The position numbers were made by a program, and so were the translations under genes. The notes under the pieces were generated by a model. That model saw nothing but the letters and a program-made list of their open reading frames with translations. It was not told the DNA's origin and ran no database searches. A stretch of 64,000 bases of DNA from an uncultured Methanoregulaceae archaeon (GTDB taxonomy: Archaea; Halobacteriota; Methanomicrobia; Methanomicrobiales; Methanospirillaceae). Positions 54,963 to 64,000 of this stretch are shown here, piece after piece (position 1 is the stretch's first letter; every line of letters begins with the position of its first letter). The stretch spans positions 1,888,001 through 1,952,000 of the forward strand of contig OY970061.1 of the NCBI GenBank assembly GCA_963705255.1, read 5' to 3'.

Positions 54963-55346
54963 TTATACCGCTGCCTCGTCCTTCTTCTCAGGCTTTGGGG
55001 GTTTTACGTACGTGATAGTGACCGTCTCCACACTCCGGGAGGTTACCGGAGCAGAGTACTGGGTGTCCATGAACAGGCATTTCACCGGGCATGTGTCGAC
55101 ACACGAGTTGCACACCACGCACCGGAGCCGGTCGATCTGCCAGGTCTTTTCTTCCTTATTGACCACCAGTGCCTGCGACGGGCATTTCCTCTGGCAGGTC
55201 CCGCAGGAGATACATTTACTCTCGTCGATGGTTACGTGCCCCCTGGTGAGAGCGGTTTTTTTTGCGGGCTCTGCCGGGTAGAGGATCGTTGCCGGGCGGT
55301 TGAGGACGGTCCTCAATGCCGTTTTTACCATTTCGAAAAATGCCAT
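54963..55346 (-). CDS. echF: Ech hydrogenase subunit F
   Basis: PATILYP, TRGH, CISCGTCQRKCP and CVVCNSCVDTCP. Confidence 0.9.
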   Translation of the reverse strand: MAFFEMVKTALRTVLNRPATILYPAEPAKKTALTRGHVTIDESKCISCGTCQRKCPSQALVVNKEEKTWQIDRLRCVVCNSCVDTCPVKCLFMDTQYSAPVTSRSVETVTITYVKPPKPEKKDEAAV

Positions 55347-55351
55347 GGCAC

Positions 55352-56431
55352 TCACCGCTCCGTACAACTTATGCAGGGATCGATGGACAATACGATGACC
55401 GGGACATCGGCAAGCTCGCAGCCCTGGAGCATCCGGATCAGCGGGGGGATATTGGTCAGGGTCGGGGTCCTGATACGGGACCTGACCAGGAATTTCGTAC
55501 CGTTTCCCTTGATGTAATGGACAAGCTCTCCCCGGGGCTGTTCGGCGCGGGTGAAATACTCCCCGTTCGGCGTCCCGGTCACTTTCACGTCGATCGGCCC
55601 CTCGGGGATCTTGGTGATCGCCTGCCTGATGATATCCATCGATGTGAACAGTTCCCGTGACCTGACTACGCACCGGGAATAGCAGTCCCCTCCGCTCTCG
55701 CTGACAGTCTCAAGGTTGAGCTTCCCGTAGGCGGCATACCCGGTCTTCCGGAGATCGACATCGACACCGCTTGCGCGGGCCGTGGGCCCCGATGCTCCAA
55801 GATGATATGCATCCTCTTTTGAGAGCACCCCTATGTCTTTTGTGCGGTGCCTGACCGAATCGTCCCGGAGAAAGACGGTCGTCAGCTCATTGATCTCCTT
55901 ATGGAGTGTATCGAGGTCCTTTTTCATCCCGTCGAGTTTCTCACCGCTAATATCGCGCCTGACCCCGCCGATCTTGCAGGACCCCTGGATGACCCGGCCA
56001 CCCGTCGTCTGTTCCATTACGTCGAGAACGCGCTCGCGGATCCTCCAGGCATTCATGAAGAGGTTTTCGAACCCGAAGGAATCGGCAAAAAGCCCAAGCC
56101 AGAGCAGATGGGAGTGCAGCCTCGAATATTCCGACCAGATAGTGCGGAGGAACACTGCCCGTTCGGGCACCTCGATATTCATGATCTTTTCGATCCCCTG
56201 GCAATACGTCATCCCGTGGATGAAACTGCAGATCCCGCACGTCCTCTCGGCAATATAGACATACTCGGTAAACTCCCGCTTCTCCACGAGTTTTTCAAAG
56301 CCCCGGTGGATATACCCGATTGAGGGGATCACGTCCACGACCTTTTCGTCCTCCAGGACGAGGTCGAGGTGGATCGGCTCGGGGAGGACCGGGTGCTGCG
56401 GCCCGAAGGGGATGATGATCTGCTTGGTCAT
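55352..56431 (-). CDS. echE: Ech hydrogenase large subunit E
   Basis: PFGPQHPVLPEP, ERTCGIC and terminal DPCISCTER with no extension. Confidence 0.95.
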   Translation of the reverse strand: MTKQIIIPFGPQHPVLPEPIHLDLVLEDEKVVDVIPSIGYIHRGFEKLVEKREFTEYVYIAERTCGICSFIHGMTYCQGIEKIMNIEVPERAVFLRTIWSEYSRLHSHLLWLGLFADSFGFENLFMNAWRIRERVLDVMEQTTGGRVIQGSCKIGGVRRDISGEKLDGMKKDLDTLHKEINELTTVFLRDDSVRHRTKDIGVLSKEDAYHLGASGPTARASGVDVDLRKTGYAAYGKLNLETVSESGGDCYSRCVVRSRELFTSMDIIRQAITKIPEGPIDVKVTGTPNGEYFTRAEQPRGELVHYIKGNGTKFLVRSRIRTPTLTNIPPLIRMLQGCELADVPVIVLSIDPCISCTER

Positions 56432-56796
56432 GGTTTCTCTCCTTTCGTTATGGTGACACCGAACGGGTGTTTTATCGCGGTCCGGATGAATGTCCCCTTG
56501 AAATCGATATTCATGCCCCTGACCTGGATGCCAAAGAGGTCGTGCATCTCGTTCTCGTACACGAATGCCCCCCAGTACATCCCCGAGATGCTGGGCACTT
56601 CCGTTTCAGCAGTGACCGTGATCCGCAGGTTCTTGAAGACGAAGTCCTTGTCGAAGGAGTAGTTGATCTCAAATGCGTCACCGACTTTCGTGCAGCCGAT
56701 CTGGACAAGACGATATCCCTCATTTCTGAACTGCTCGACACCCCCGAAAAGTTTTCCGACATCGGTGGGTATGATTGTCTGTTCCTCTGTTGTCAA
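56428..56796 (-). CDS. echD: Ech hydrogenase subunit D
   Basis: GYRLVQI, YSF, VPSIS and YENEMHDLFG. Confidence 0.9.
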   Translation of the reverse strand: MTTEEQTIIPTDVGKLFGGVEQFRNEGYRLVQIGCTKVGDAFEINYSFDKDFVFKNLRITVTAETEVPSISGMYWGAFVYENEMHDLFGIQVRGMNIDFKGTFIRTAIKHPFGVTITKGEKP

Positions 56797-57260
56797 GCCG
56801 CATCACCTGCTGCTACCCGGCCAGCTGCTTTCTTCTCTGACATGGCCTGTCGTTTCGATTCAAGAATTCCCAGGGCCTGTACCACGCCATCGATGATCGA
56901 TTCCGGCCGGGCTGCACACCCGGTAACATAGACATCGACCGGGATGACCTTGTCGATGCCGCCCATGACATTGTAGCATTCCCGGAAGATCCCGCCGGAC
57001 GTAGCGCAGATGCCGATTGCGACCACGACTTTCGGGTCCGGGATCTGTTCATACGTGTTGATGAGTACCTGACGGTTCTGTTCATTGACGCTCCCGGTGA
57101 CGAGGAAGATATCGGCATGCTTCGGGTTGCCGGTATTGACGATCCCGAACCGTTCCACATCGTAGAGAGGAGTCAGGGCTGCCAGGACTTCGATGTCGCA
57201 GCCGTTGCAGGATGATGCATCATAGTGGATGATCCAGGGAGATTTTTTCAGGTAGGTCAT
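56793..57260 (-). CDS. echC: Ech hydrogenase small subunit C
   Basis: KSPWIIHYDASSCNGCDIE, GNPKHAD and GCAARPE. Confidence 0.94.
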   Translation of the reverse strand: MTYLKKSPWIIHYDASSCNGCDIEVLAALTPLYDVERFGIVNTGNPKHADIFLVTGSVNEQNRQVLINTYEQIPDPKVVVAIGICATSGGIFRECYNVMGGIDKVIPVDVYVTGCAARPESIIDGVVQALGILESKRQAMSEKKAAGRVAAGDAA

Positions 57261-58138
57261 GGTGCGACCACCGCTCTCAGGTAATATAATACTCCGAGGT
57301 TTACAATACCGAGCGTCCCGGCAACAAGCCATGCGCTCCGCAGTGTCAGCTGCCATTTGACACGCGACATCGTATTATCGATGAGTATCTCAAGGAAATA
57401 GGCGACGATGATCGCGGCGATGGCGATCAGGGGGTTGAACCCGAAGAAGAGGTAGACAACCCCGAGCAGGAATACGTACTCGTACCAGTGGGCGATCTCG
57501 ATCTTCCCGAGGTTGGGGCCTGCGAAATCGGTTGTAACACCCTTGACGATCTCCTGGTGCGCATGGTGGGACGTGGAGAGGTCGAAGGGTGACTTCCTCA
57601 GCTTGATCGTGAGGACGATCAGGTAGCCGATGAAGACACCGGGCAGAACCAGGATGATAGGTTTACCGGACGATACGATATCGCTCACATAGAAACTGTG
57701 GGTGACCATGTACATCCCCACCGCGGTGAAAATGATCATCGGTTCGTAGGCGATGATCTGAATGAGCTCGCGTTCCGCCCCGATATGACTGTAGGGAGAG
57801 TACGATGAATAGGCCCCGAGCACGAGGAATATGTGCGAGAGCGTGAACGCGAATATGACGAGCAGCATGTCCCCTCCCGAGAAGAACAATGCACCCGCGA
57901 CCACCATGAAGACAAGATAGCTCAGCACATAGAAATTCTGGGTCGTTGTCACCACCGGGTTCTCTTTCTCGAAGAGCTTGCCGACGTCGTAGAATGGCTG
58001 GATTATAGGCGGTCCTACCCGACCCTGCATCCTTGCAGTCACCTTCCGGTCGATCCCGGCAACAAGCCCGCCTATCACCGGGGCAAGGAGGATATACACT
58101 GCCGCAGTCATAATGGAGGACCAGGGTTCTTCGATCAC
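57257..58138 (-). CDS. echB: Ech hydrogenase subunit B
   Basis: DRKVTARMQGRVGPP and KSPFDLSTSHHAHQE. Confidence 0.94.
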   Translation of the reverse strand: MIEEPWSSIMTAAVYILLAPVIGGLVAGIDRKVTARMQGRVGPPIIQPFYDVGKLFEKENPVVTTTQNFYVLSYLVFMVVAGALFFSGGDMLLVIFAFTLSHIFLVLGAYSSYSPYSHIGAERELIQIIAYEPMIIFTAVGMYMVTHSFYVSDIVSSGKPIILVLPGVFIGYLIVLTIKLRKSPFDLSTSHHAHQEIVKGVTTDFAGPNLGKIEIAHWYEYVFLLGVVYLFFGFNPLIAIAAIIVAYFLEILIDNTMSRVKWQLTLRSAWLVAGTLGIVNLGVLYYLRAVVAP

Positions 58139-60049
58139 AGAATCACCCCCGCGATCAGGACACCGGCAATGAGCACGAGCCCCCAGCAGAGCAGGACACC
58201 GATCATGAAGAGTCTCTCCTCACCGAAATAATTCCGCAGGTAGTAATTCGACAGGACAAGGTCCCGGGTCGTCCCCATCGATCCTGCAAACTTCATCTCT
58301 CCTACGGTCGAGCCTCCCCCCATGTACGGGTGCGTGATGACCTGGTCGCGCCTCTGGAAGAGCATGGAAAAAGGCATGATCATCAGGAGTGCAAGCATCA
58401 GGATCATGATGGTGAGGTTCGCCTGGGCAAGACGGGTTGTTTCCCCGTAAATATGCATCACGAACGGCTCGATCAGCGTCGACGATATCAGGGGGAAGAT
58501 GAGAGCGACGATGACAACCAGTGCGGTAAGGATGGACAGGATCGCCCACATCTCCGTCTTTACCTTCTGCTCGACATTTTCCTGGTTGCGCATGACGGAG
58601 ATGATCTTCCCCATCCACTTGCTCCAGAAGAAGAGGCTTGCCGACCCTCCGAAGGCAAGGATGGTAATGAAGACGAGGCCGAAGGGTGCCGTGACGAACG
58701 CCTCGATTGCCGCCCATTTGGAGATGATCATGCCGAAGGGTGCGAGGAACATCCCGGCCATGCCGATGAACATCATGAGAGCGACCTTCGGCATGCGTTC
58801 AATGAGGCCCCCCATATCCTCGATGTCCCTACTGCCGATACTCTGCTCCACGGTGCCGACACAGAGAAACAAGAGTGATTTGGCTACCGCGTGGAATATG
58901 AGCAGCAGGATCGCCACCCACATGAGGTTGTAGGTCCCGACTCCTGCACATGCGACGATGAGGCCGAGATTTGCGATGGTCGAATAAGCGAGTACTTTCT
59001 TCGCATTGCTCTGGGATATCGCGATGAATGACGCGAGGAGGAAGGTGATCCCTCCAACGAGAGCGATCATGAGACCCTCCGTCGTTCCGGACAACACCGG
59101 AGCAAACCGGATAATGATATACACACCCGCTTTTACCATGGTGCTTGAATGGAGCAGGGCCGAGACCGGTGTCGGGGCGACCATGGCGCCGACCAGCCAC
59201 GAGGAAAAGGGCATCAGGGCAGCTTTCGTGATACCGGCAAAACTGATCAGGACTGCCGGGACCAGTGCTATAACGTAGCCAGAGCTTACCAGGGTATTGA
59301 GTTCAAACAGCCTGCCGGAAGGATCCATCAGGGCGAGATAAACCAGTGCTGCGATAAACGCGACCCCGCCGAGAAGGTTCATGGAAAGTGCGAGGAATGC
59401 ATTCGTGGTGGCTTCCGGTGCTCTGCGAATACCCGATCAGGACGAACGAACAGAACGTGGTGATCTCCCAGAAGAAGAAGACCCAGAGGAGGTTATTGGA
59501 AAATACGAGACCAAACATGGCCGACAGGAAGACAAACATCCAGAAAAAGAACGATTTTCTCCGGTCTTTTATTCCGGCGTGCTGGATATGGTACGTCTCC
59601 ATGTACCCAAGTGAATACACGCATATCAGGCTCCCGATAATGCCGATGATCATAGCCATGATGATGGAGAGCTGGTCGATGAGGAGGTTGTTCCCGAAAT
59701 GAGCGCCAGGAATAAGTCCGGTCTCTAAAAATATCAGCAATCCGGCCTGCAATAGTATCAGGACAACGGTGAACAACTTGCGGTGTTTTATTCCCACGTA
59801 AAGGATGTATACTGCAAGGAGCAGTTCGATAACGAACATGAGCTGCCCGACCTGTTCGGAGCCGAACGCGAAATAGAGCGATCCCTGATCAAATGCTACG
59901 AAAAGCAGGCACAGCACTATCAGGCCGATAACCAGCGCGGAGATCCTGACGATCCAGTTGCGATCCGCATCGCGCCGCACAAGAACCATGAACAGCGCCG
60001 TAATTAAAGGAAACAGGATGAGGAACACTAAAAACTGCGAAATCTGCAC
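58135..60049 (-). CDS. echA: Ech hydrogenase subunit A, frameshift near 59422
   Basis: FWEITTFCSFVLIGY in frame 1; NAFLALSMNLLGG...GAMVAPTPVSALLHSSTMVKAG in frame 2. Confidence 0.92.
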
Positions 60050-60363
60050 GAACTATCCACCCTCTCTGAATATGGGAATTTTTCATTATTAATCATATTG
60101 AATTGTGCACGGCCCCGTATTTCCCTTTCAAATAACAGGATTGTGCCGGAAAATGGCCGGGACCGGAAAAATAGAATCCACCGGAATTCCGAAAAATGCC
60201 GGAGATTCAGGAACATATTTCCGTGACCTGGTGCGGTCTGGTGCGGATTCTGCTGTAGGTTCAGGTGGGGATAAAAGTTTAATGTTTCAAAAATGTACTA
60301 ATAATCTCTTAGGATGGGATATGGACGAGTGCGGGGTGAGCCCCGGAGCCATTGCACCTTCCT

Positions 60364-60397
60364 TTGGGTCATTTGAGCAGGTTACTGCTGATGCCAA
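60364..60397 (+). ncRNA. Candidate Na+-sensing (DUF1646-like) riboswitch aptamer in the hppA leader
   Basis: TTGG-GTCATTTG-AGCAG-GTTA-CTGCT-GATG-CCAA: nested stems with GGTTA and ATGCC elements. The likeness to the DUF1646 consensus is from memory and was not verified by search. Confidence 0.45.
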
Positions 60398-60515
60398 TAC
60401 ATGATACCTGATGTGTCTGTCCCGCGTCCCGGTTCCGGCTGTTCATTCATTCAGTCGGGGTTCGGTCGTCCAGTCGCAACCGGGAGCGGGGGCAGCATGG
60501 CAGGAGGGTTTGGGA

Positions 60516-62564
60516 ATGTTTGAATTCGCGTTACCATTTGTGGTTATTGTAAGCGTTATTGCATTGATCGTCGCGGCATTCCTCGCACGCAGTGTCCTCT
60601 CTCAGGATGAGGGCACGCCGAAGATGCGCGAGGTCGCGGATGCAATCAGGGTGGGTGCAGAAGCATTCATCAAACGACAGTACTCGACTATTGCCATCCT
60701 GGCAATCATACTCGCTGTGGTCATCTTTGCGGTGTACTTCATCTCGGGTCAGCGGCAGCTGGCAATCGACACTGCCCTTGCGTACCTGTTCGGTGCGTTC
60801 TGTAGTGCGATGGCAGGCATCATCGGCATGTCCATTGCAGTCCGTGCAAACGTCCGCACGGCATCGGCCGCACAGACCAGCTCCGGAAAAGCGCTCGACA
60901 TCTCCTTCAGGGGCGGTGCGGTCTCCGGGCTGATCATAACCGCGATGTCACTCCTCGGTGTCTCGCTCACCTTCTATGCCCTTGGTGCAAACCCGACCGA
61001 GACCCCGTTCATCATTGTCGGGTTCGGTTTTGGTGCGTCGTTTGTCGCCCTGTTTGCCCAGCTCGGCGGCGGTATCTACACCAAGGCCGCTGACGTCGGA
61101 GCAGATCTTGTGGGCAAAGTCGAGGCAGGTATCCCTGAGGACGACGTCCGGAACCCCGCGACCATCGCAGACCTTGTCGGTGACAACGTAGGCGACTGTG
61201 CCGGGCGTGGCGCTGACCTGTTCGAATCAACCGCAGCCGAGAACATCGGTGCGATGATCCTCGGTGTGGCGCTCTTCCCGGTCTTTGGCATCAACGGCAT
61301 CCTCTTCCCGCTCGTGATGTGCGCCTTCGGCCTCATCGCAAGCATGATCGGCATCCTCTCCGTCCGCGGAAAGGACGACGCCGACCCGATGGTCGCCCTC
61401 AATCGCGGGTACTATATCACCGCCATCATCGCCGCTATCTTCTTCTACGTCGGCACCATGTGGCTCCTCGGGAACATCTGGTTCTTCTACGCCGGTCTCG
61501 TGGGTATCGTGATGTCGGTTGTCTTCCTCCGGGTGACGCTCTACTACACCGATCACAACTACCGCCCCGTGCAGGAGATAGCCGACGCGTCAGAGACCGG
61601 AGCGGCGACCAACATCATCTCCGGACTCTCGGTCGGGCTTGAGACCACCGCCATCCCGGCGATCGTCATCGGCCTCGCCCTCCTCACCTCCTACGCACTC
61701 GGTACCATGAGCGGTATTGCCAGCGGCGGGCTGTATGGTACTGCCGTAGCGACGATTGGCATGCTCTCGGTCTGTGCCTACGTCCTTGCCATGGACACGT
61801 TCGGCCCCATCGCCGACAACGCTGGCGGCATCGTCGAGATGAGCCAAGCCCCTGAATCCGTCCGCAAGCGCATGGACCGGCTCGACTCCGCGGGCAATAC
61901 CACGAAAGCGCTCACCAAGGGGTATGCGATCGGCAGTGCAGCGCTCGCCGTCTTCCTGCTCTTCAACGCTTACATGAACGACGTGGCCCACCTCATCTCC
62001 AAGCCATTTACCACCGTCAACCTCGCAGCGGTCCCGGTATTTGTCGGTGCCCTGCTCGGTGCGATGCTCATCTTCCTCTTCGCGAGCCTCGCCATCCGGG
62101 CGGTCTCCAAGACCGCACAGTATGTCATCACCGAGGTCCGTGAGCAGTTCAAGGATCCGGCCATCATGGCAGGGACCAAGAAGCCCGACTACGCCCGCGT
62201 AATCGATATCACCACGGTCGGTGCGCTCAAGAACATGGTCCTGCCCGGCATCATCGCCGTCGCGTTCCCCATCATCATCGGCGTCACCCTGAAATACGAG
62301 GCGCTCGCAGGGTTCCTGATGGTCGGCACCATCGCCGGCATCCTCCTCGCCCTCATCCTCAACAACGCAGGCGGCGCATGGGACAATGCCAAGAAATACA
62401 TCGAAGCCGGCGCCCATGGAGGCAAGGGCAGCGATGCCCACAAGGCAGCAGTCATCGGAGACACCGTCGGTGACCCGTGCAAGGACACCGCCGGCCCGTC
62501 ACTCCACGTGCTCATCAAGCTCCTCGCGACCCTGACGCTCGTGCTCGTGCCGCTCTTCATCTAA
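60516..62564 (+). CDS. hppA: Membrane-bound ion-translocating pyrophosphatase, predicted K+-independent
   Basis: GGIYTKAADVGADLVGKVE, DLVGDNVGD, GNTTKA (Lys at the Ala/Lys site) and GDTVGDPCKD. GGAGG RBS precedes ATG 60516. Confidence 0.95.
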   Translation: MFEFALPFVVIVSVIALIVAAFLARSVLSQDEGTPKMREVADAIRVGAEAFIKRQYSTIAILAIILAVVIFAVYFISGQRQLAIDTALAYLFGAFCSAMAGIIGMSIAVRANVRTASAAQTSSGKALDISFRGGAVSGLIITAMSLLGVSLTFYALGANPTETPFIIVGFGFGASFVALFAQLGGGIYTKAADVGADLVGKVEAGIPEDDVRNPATIADLVGDNVGDCAGRGADLFESTAAENIGAMILGVALFPVFGINGILFPLVMCAFGLIASMIGILSVRGKDDADPMVALNRGYYITAIIAAIFFYVGTMWLLGNIWFFYAGLVGIVMSVVFLRVTLYYTDHNYRPVQEIADASETGAATNIISGLSVGLETTAIPAIVIGLALLTSYALGTMSGIASGGLYGTAVATIGMLSVCAYVLAMDTFGPIADNAGGIVEMSQAPESVRKRMDRLDSAGNTTKALTKGYAIGSAALAVFLLFNAYMNDVAHLISKPFTTVNLAAVPVFVGALLGAMLIFLFASLAIRAVSKTAQYVITEVREQFKDPAIMAGTKKPDYARVIDITTVGALKNMVLPGIIAVAFPIIIGVTLKYEALAGFLMVGTIAGILLALILNNAGGAWDNAKKYIEAGAHGGKGSDAHKAAVIGDTVGDPCKDTAGPSLHVLIKLLATLTLVLVPLFI

Positions 62565-62950
62565 TTTTTTTTGCGTTGCCCCTCGGGGGTTATCGTTCAG
62601 ACCGGAACTGCACCCGAATTCCGGCTGTTATTTCTCTACCAAGAGCTTTTTGTTTCCGGTTTTCCCTGCCCGTTTCCCGGCAGATCCGGTAACCGGCAGG
62701 CGACTTCACGAACAGAATGAAAACAGGGGTGTCTCCTGAAACCCTTCAGCACCATGACAGAGTGTACAAAAAAGTTCCTTTCCGGGTTTGCCGATCAGCT
62801 GGCAGCACAGCCCGGGTATTCCCACCGAAAGGGCCCCCTGCCCCGGATGTTTTTTGCTTATGGAGGCAGTTTGGTTGCAGCTGTGATGATCATCCCGGAA
62901 TCTTGAAAGGACGCCCCAGAGTGGGGAAGGGAGGAGGATCACCTTTCAGG

Positions 62951-63133
62951 TTACGAACAGCTTCCCAGATCGACATTCATATCAATGGAGAACCGAGTAT
63001 ACCGCTTCGGGTTCTCTTCGAACTGCTTTTTACAGTAATTGCAGCAGAAGTAATACTTCTGGTTTTTATACGTGCTCATTACCTTCGCATCGTCTTCATC
63101 TACGATTGCCAGACAGACCGGATCAGTTGCCAT
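62951..63133 (-). CDS. YHS/TRASH domain protein
   Basis: DPVC...YYFCCNYCKKQFEENPKRY; GGAGG RBS upstream. Confidence 0.85.
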   Translation of the reverse strand: MATDPVCLAIVDEDDAKVMSTYKNQKYYFCCNYCKKQFEENPKRYTRFSIDMNVDLGSCS

Positions 63134-63603
63134 GGGTCAGAACCTCCCCTGCATACAATCTATTCTCACGTTGTCCCTCATATTCCCTTGCCCGCGATCC
63201 GCTCCTGATATCTGAAATCTGCTGGCAGGATTACCTTCCGGGCGTCTCCCGTTAATTTATTCTGCCCGGTTCAAAAAAAGAACAGCTCCCTGCAGGAAGA
63301 GACAGGCTGACAGGACAGGGCGGAGTAATGTCCCCGACGGTTCGTGAAGACGGTCCCTGCCCGGAGTATCGTGCAGTCGTCACAGGCTGTACGATGACTG
63401 CGAAGCCGTCCACTGGACACGAGGGGGACTGCCGTTTTCAGGCGGCCGAAGATCTCCCTGTGGAATCGGGTGCGAACGCTGTGCGATTATCCTGAAAACT
63501 GGTTCATTCGACCGCATCCTGTCAGGTATACGCCAGAGAGCACTCGCAGATCCTCCATTCCACGCTTACCCGCGGGCTCCGGAACGTGTCTCTACCGTGT
63601 TTC

Positions 63604-63999
63604 CTATTCTCTGGTCTTCCTGAACATTCCATCCGGGATATGGATCCTGAACTGGGCGCCCCTGCCATACTCGCCGCTCTCCCGGATTACCAGAGAGGTA
63701 ATCGCAAGAACCTCCTTCACGAGGAACAGCCCGAGGCCGGTATGGGAGCCGAACCCTTTTCCGAAAATCTTCTGCTTGTCTTCAGGCAGGATCCCTCTCC
63801 CGTCATCCTCGATTATCAGGTTGAAACCGTCGGGAGCCGCTTCTCCGGTAACCCGTATTCTTGTAACGGTGCCGCCGTGCATCACGGCATTTTCAAAAAG
63901 GTTATAAAATACCATTTCCAGAAGCGGGTCGGCGAAGATCTCGATACAGGATAAGGATTCGTCTATGGAAACATGGGAGAAAACGCCGTCCTGGCATAC
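63604..63999 (-). CDS. Sensor histidine kinase, C-terminal HATPase domain (5' part outside window)
   Basis: ADPLLEMVFYNLFENAVMHG, EDDGRGI and TGLGLF; frame open to the window edge. Confidence 0.9.
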   Translation of the reverse strand, partial: VCQDGVFSHVSIDESLSCIEIFADPLLEMVFYNLFENAVMHGGTVTRIRVTGEAAPDGFNLIIEDDGRGILPEDKQKIFGKGFGSHTGLGLFLVKEVLAITSLVIRESGEYGRGAQFRIHIPDGMFRKTRE

Positions 64000-64000
64000 G

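Overview
Archaeal chromosome segment, most likely from a Methanomicrobiales (Methanoregula-like) methanogen; this is inferred from tfrAB, two cofH copies, archaeal ribC, PolD DP1 and Ech. In order it carries thiol:fumarate reductase, a thiol/oxidative-stress cluster (Grx-TrxR fusion, rubrerythrin, an unlisted desulforedoxin, CMD, peroxiredoxin, iron-sulfur flavoproteins), secreted proteins (LamG; propeller/PEGA/M64-like metallopeptidase), arginine, riboflavin, thiamine and F420 genes, acs plus an acetate channel, trpB2 and DP1. An ~18 kb energy-conservation block follows: a complex-I-like group 4 [NiFe]-hydrogenase operon with three antiporter modules (two fused) and its own HycI protease, a full echABCDEF operon, and a divergent membrane pyrophosphatase whose structured leader contains a candidate Na+ (DUF1646-type) riboswitch. 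Non-coding points of interest are a REP-like hairpin array at 14.46-14.95 kb and a lipoprotein hydrolase gene bracketed by diverged direct repeats at 33.25-35.07 kb. About nine conserved genes carry single-base frameshifts, most likely sequencing or assembly errors. No rRNA, tRNA, CRISPR array or transposase was recognised. All calls come from reading motifs by eye; no database searches were run.
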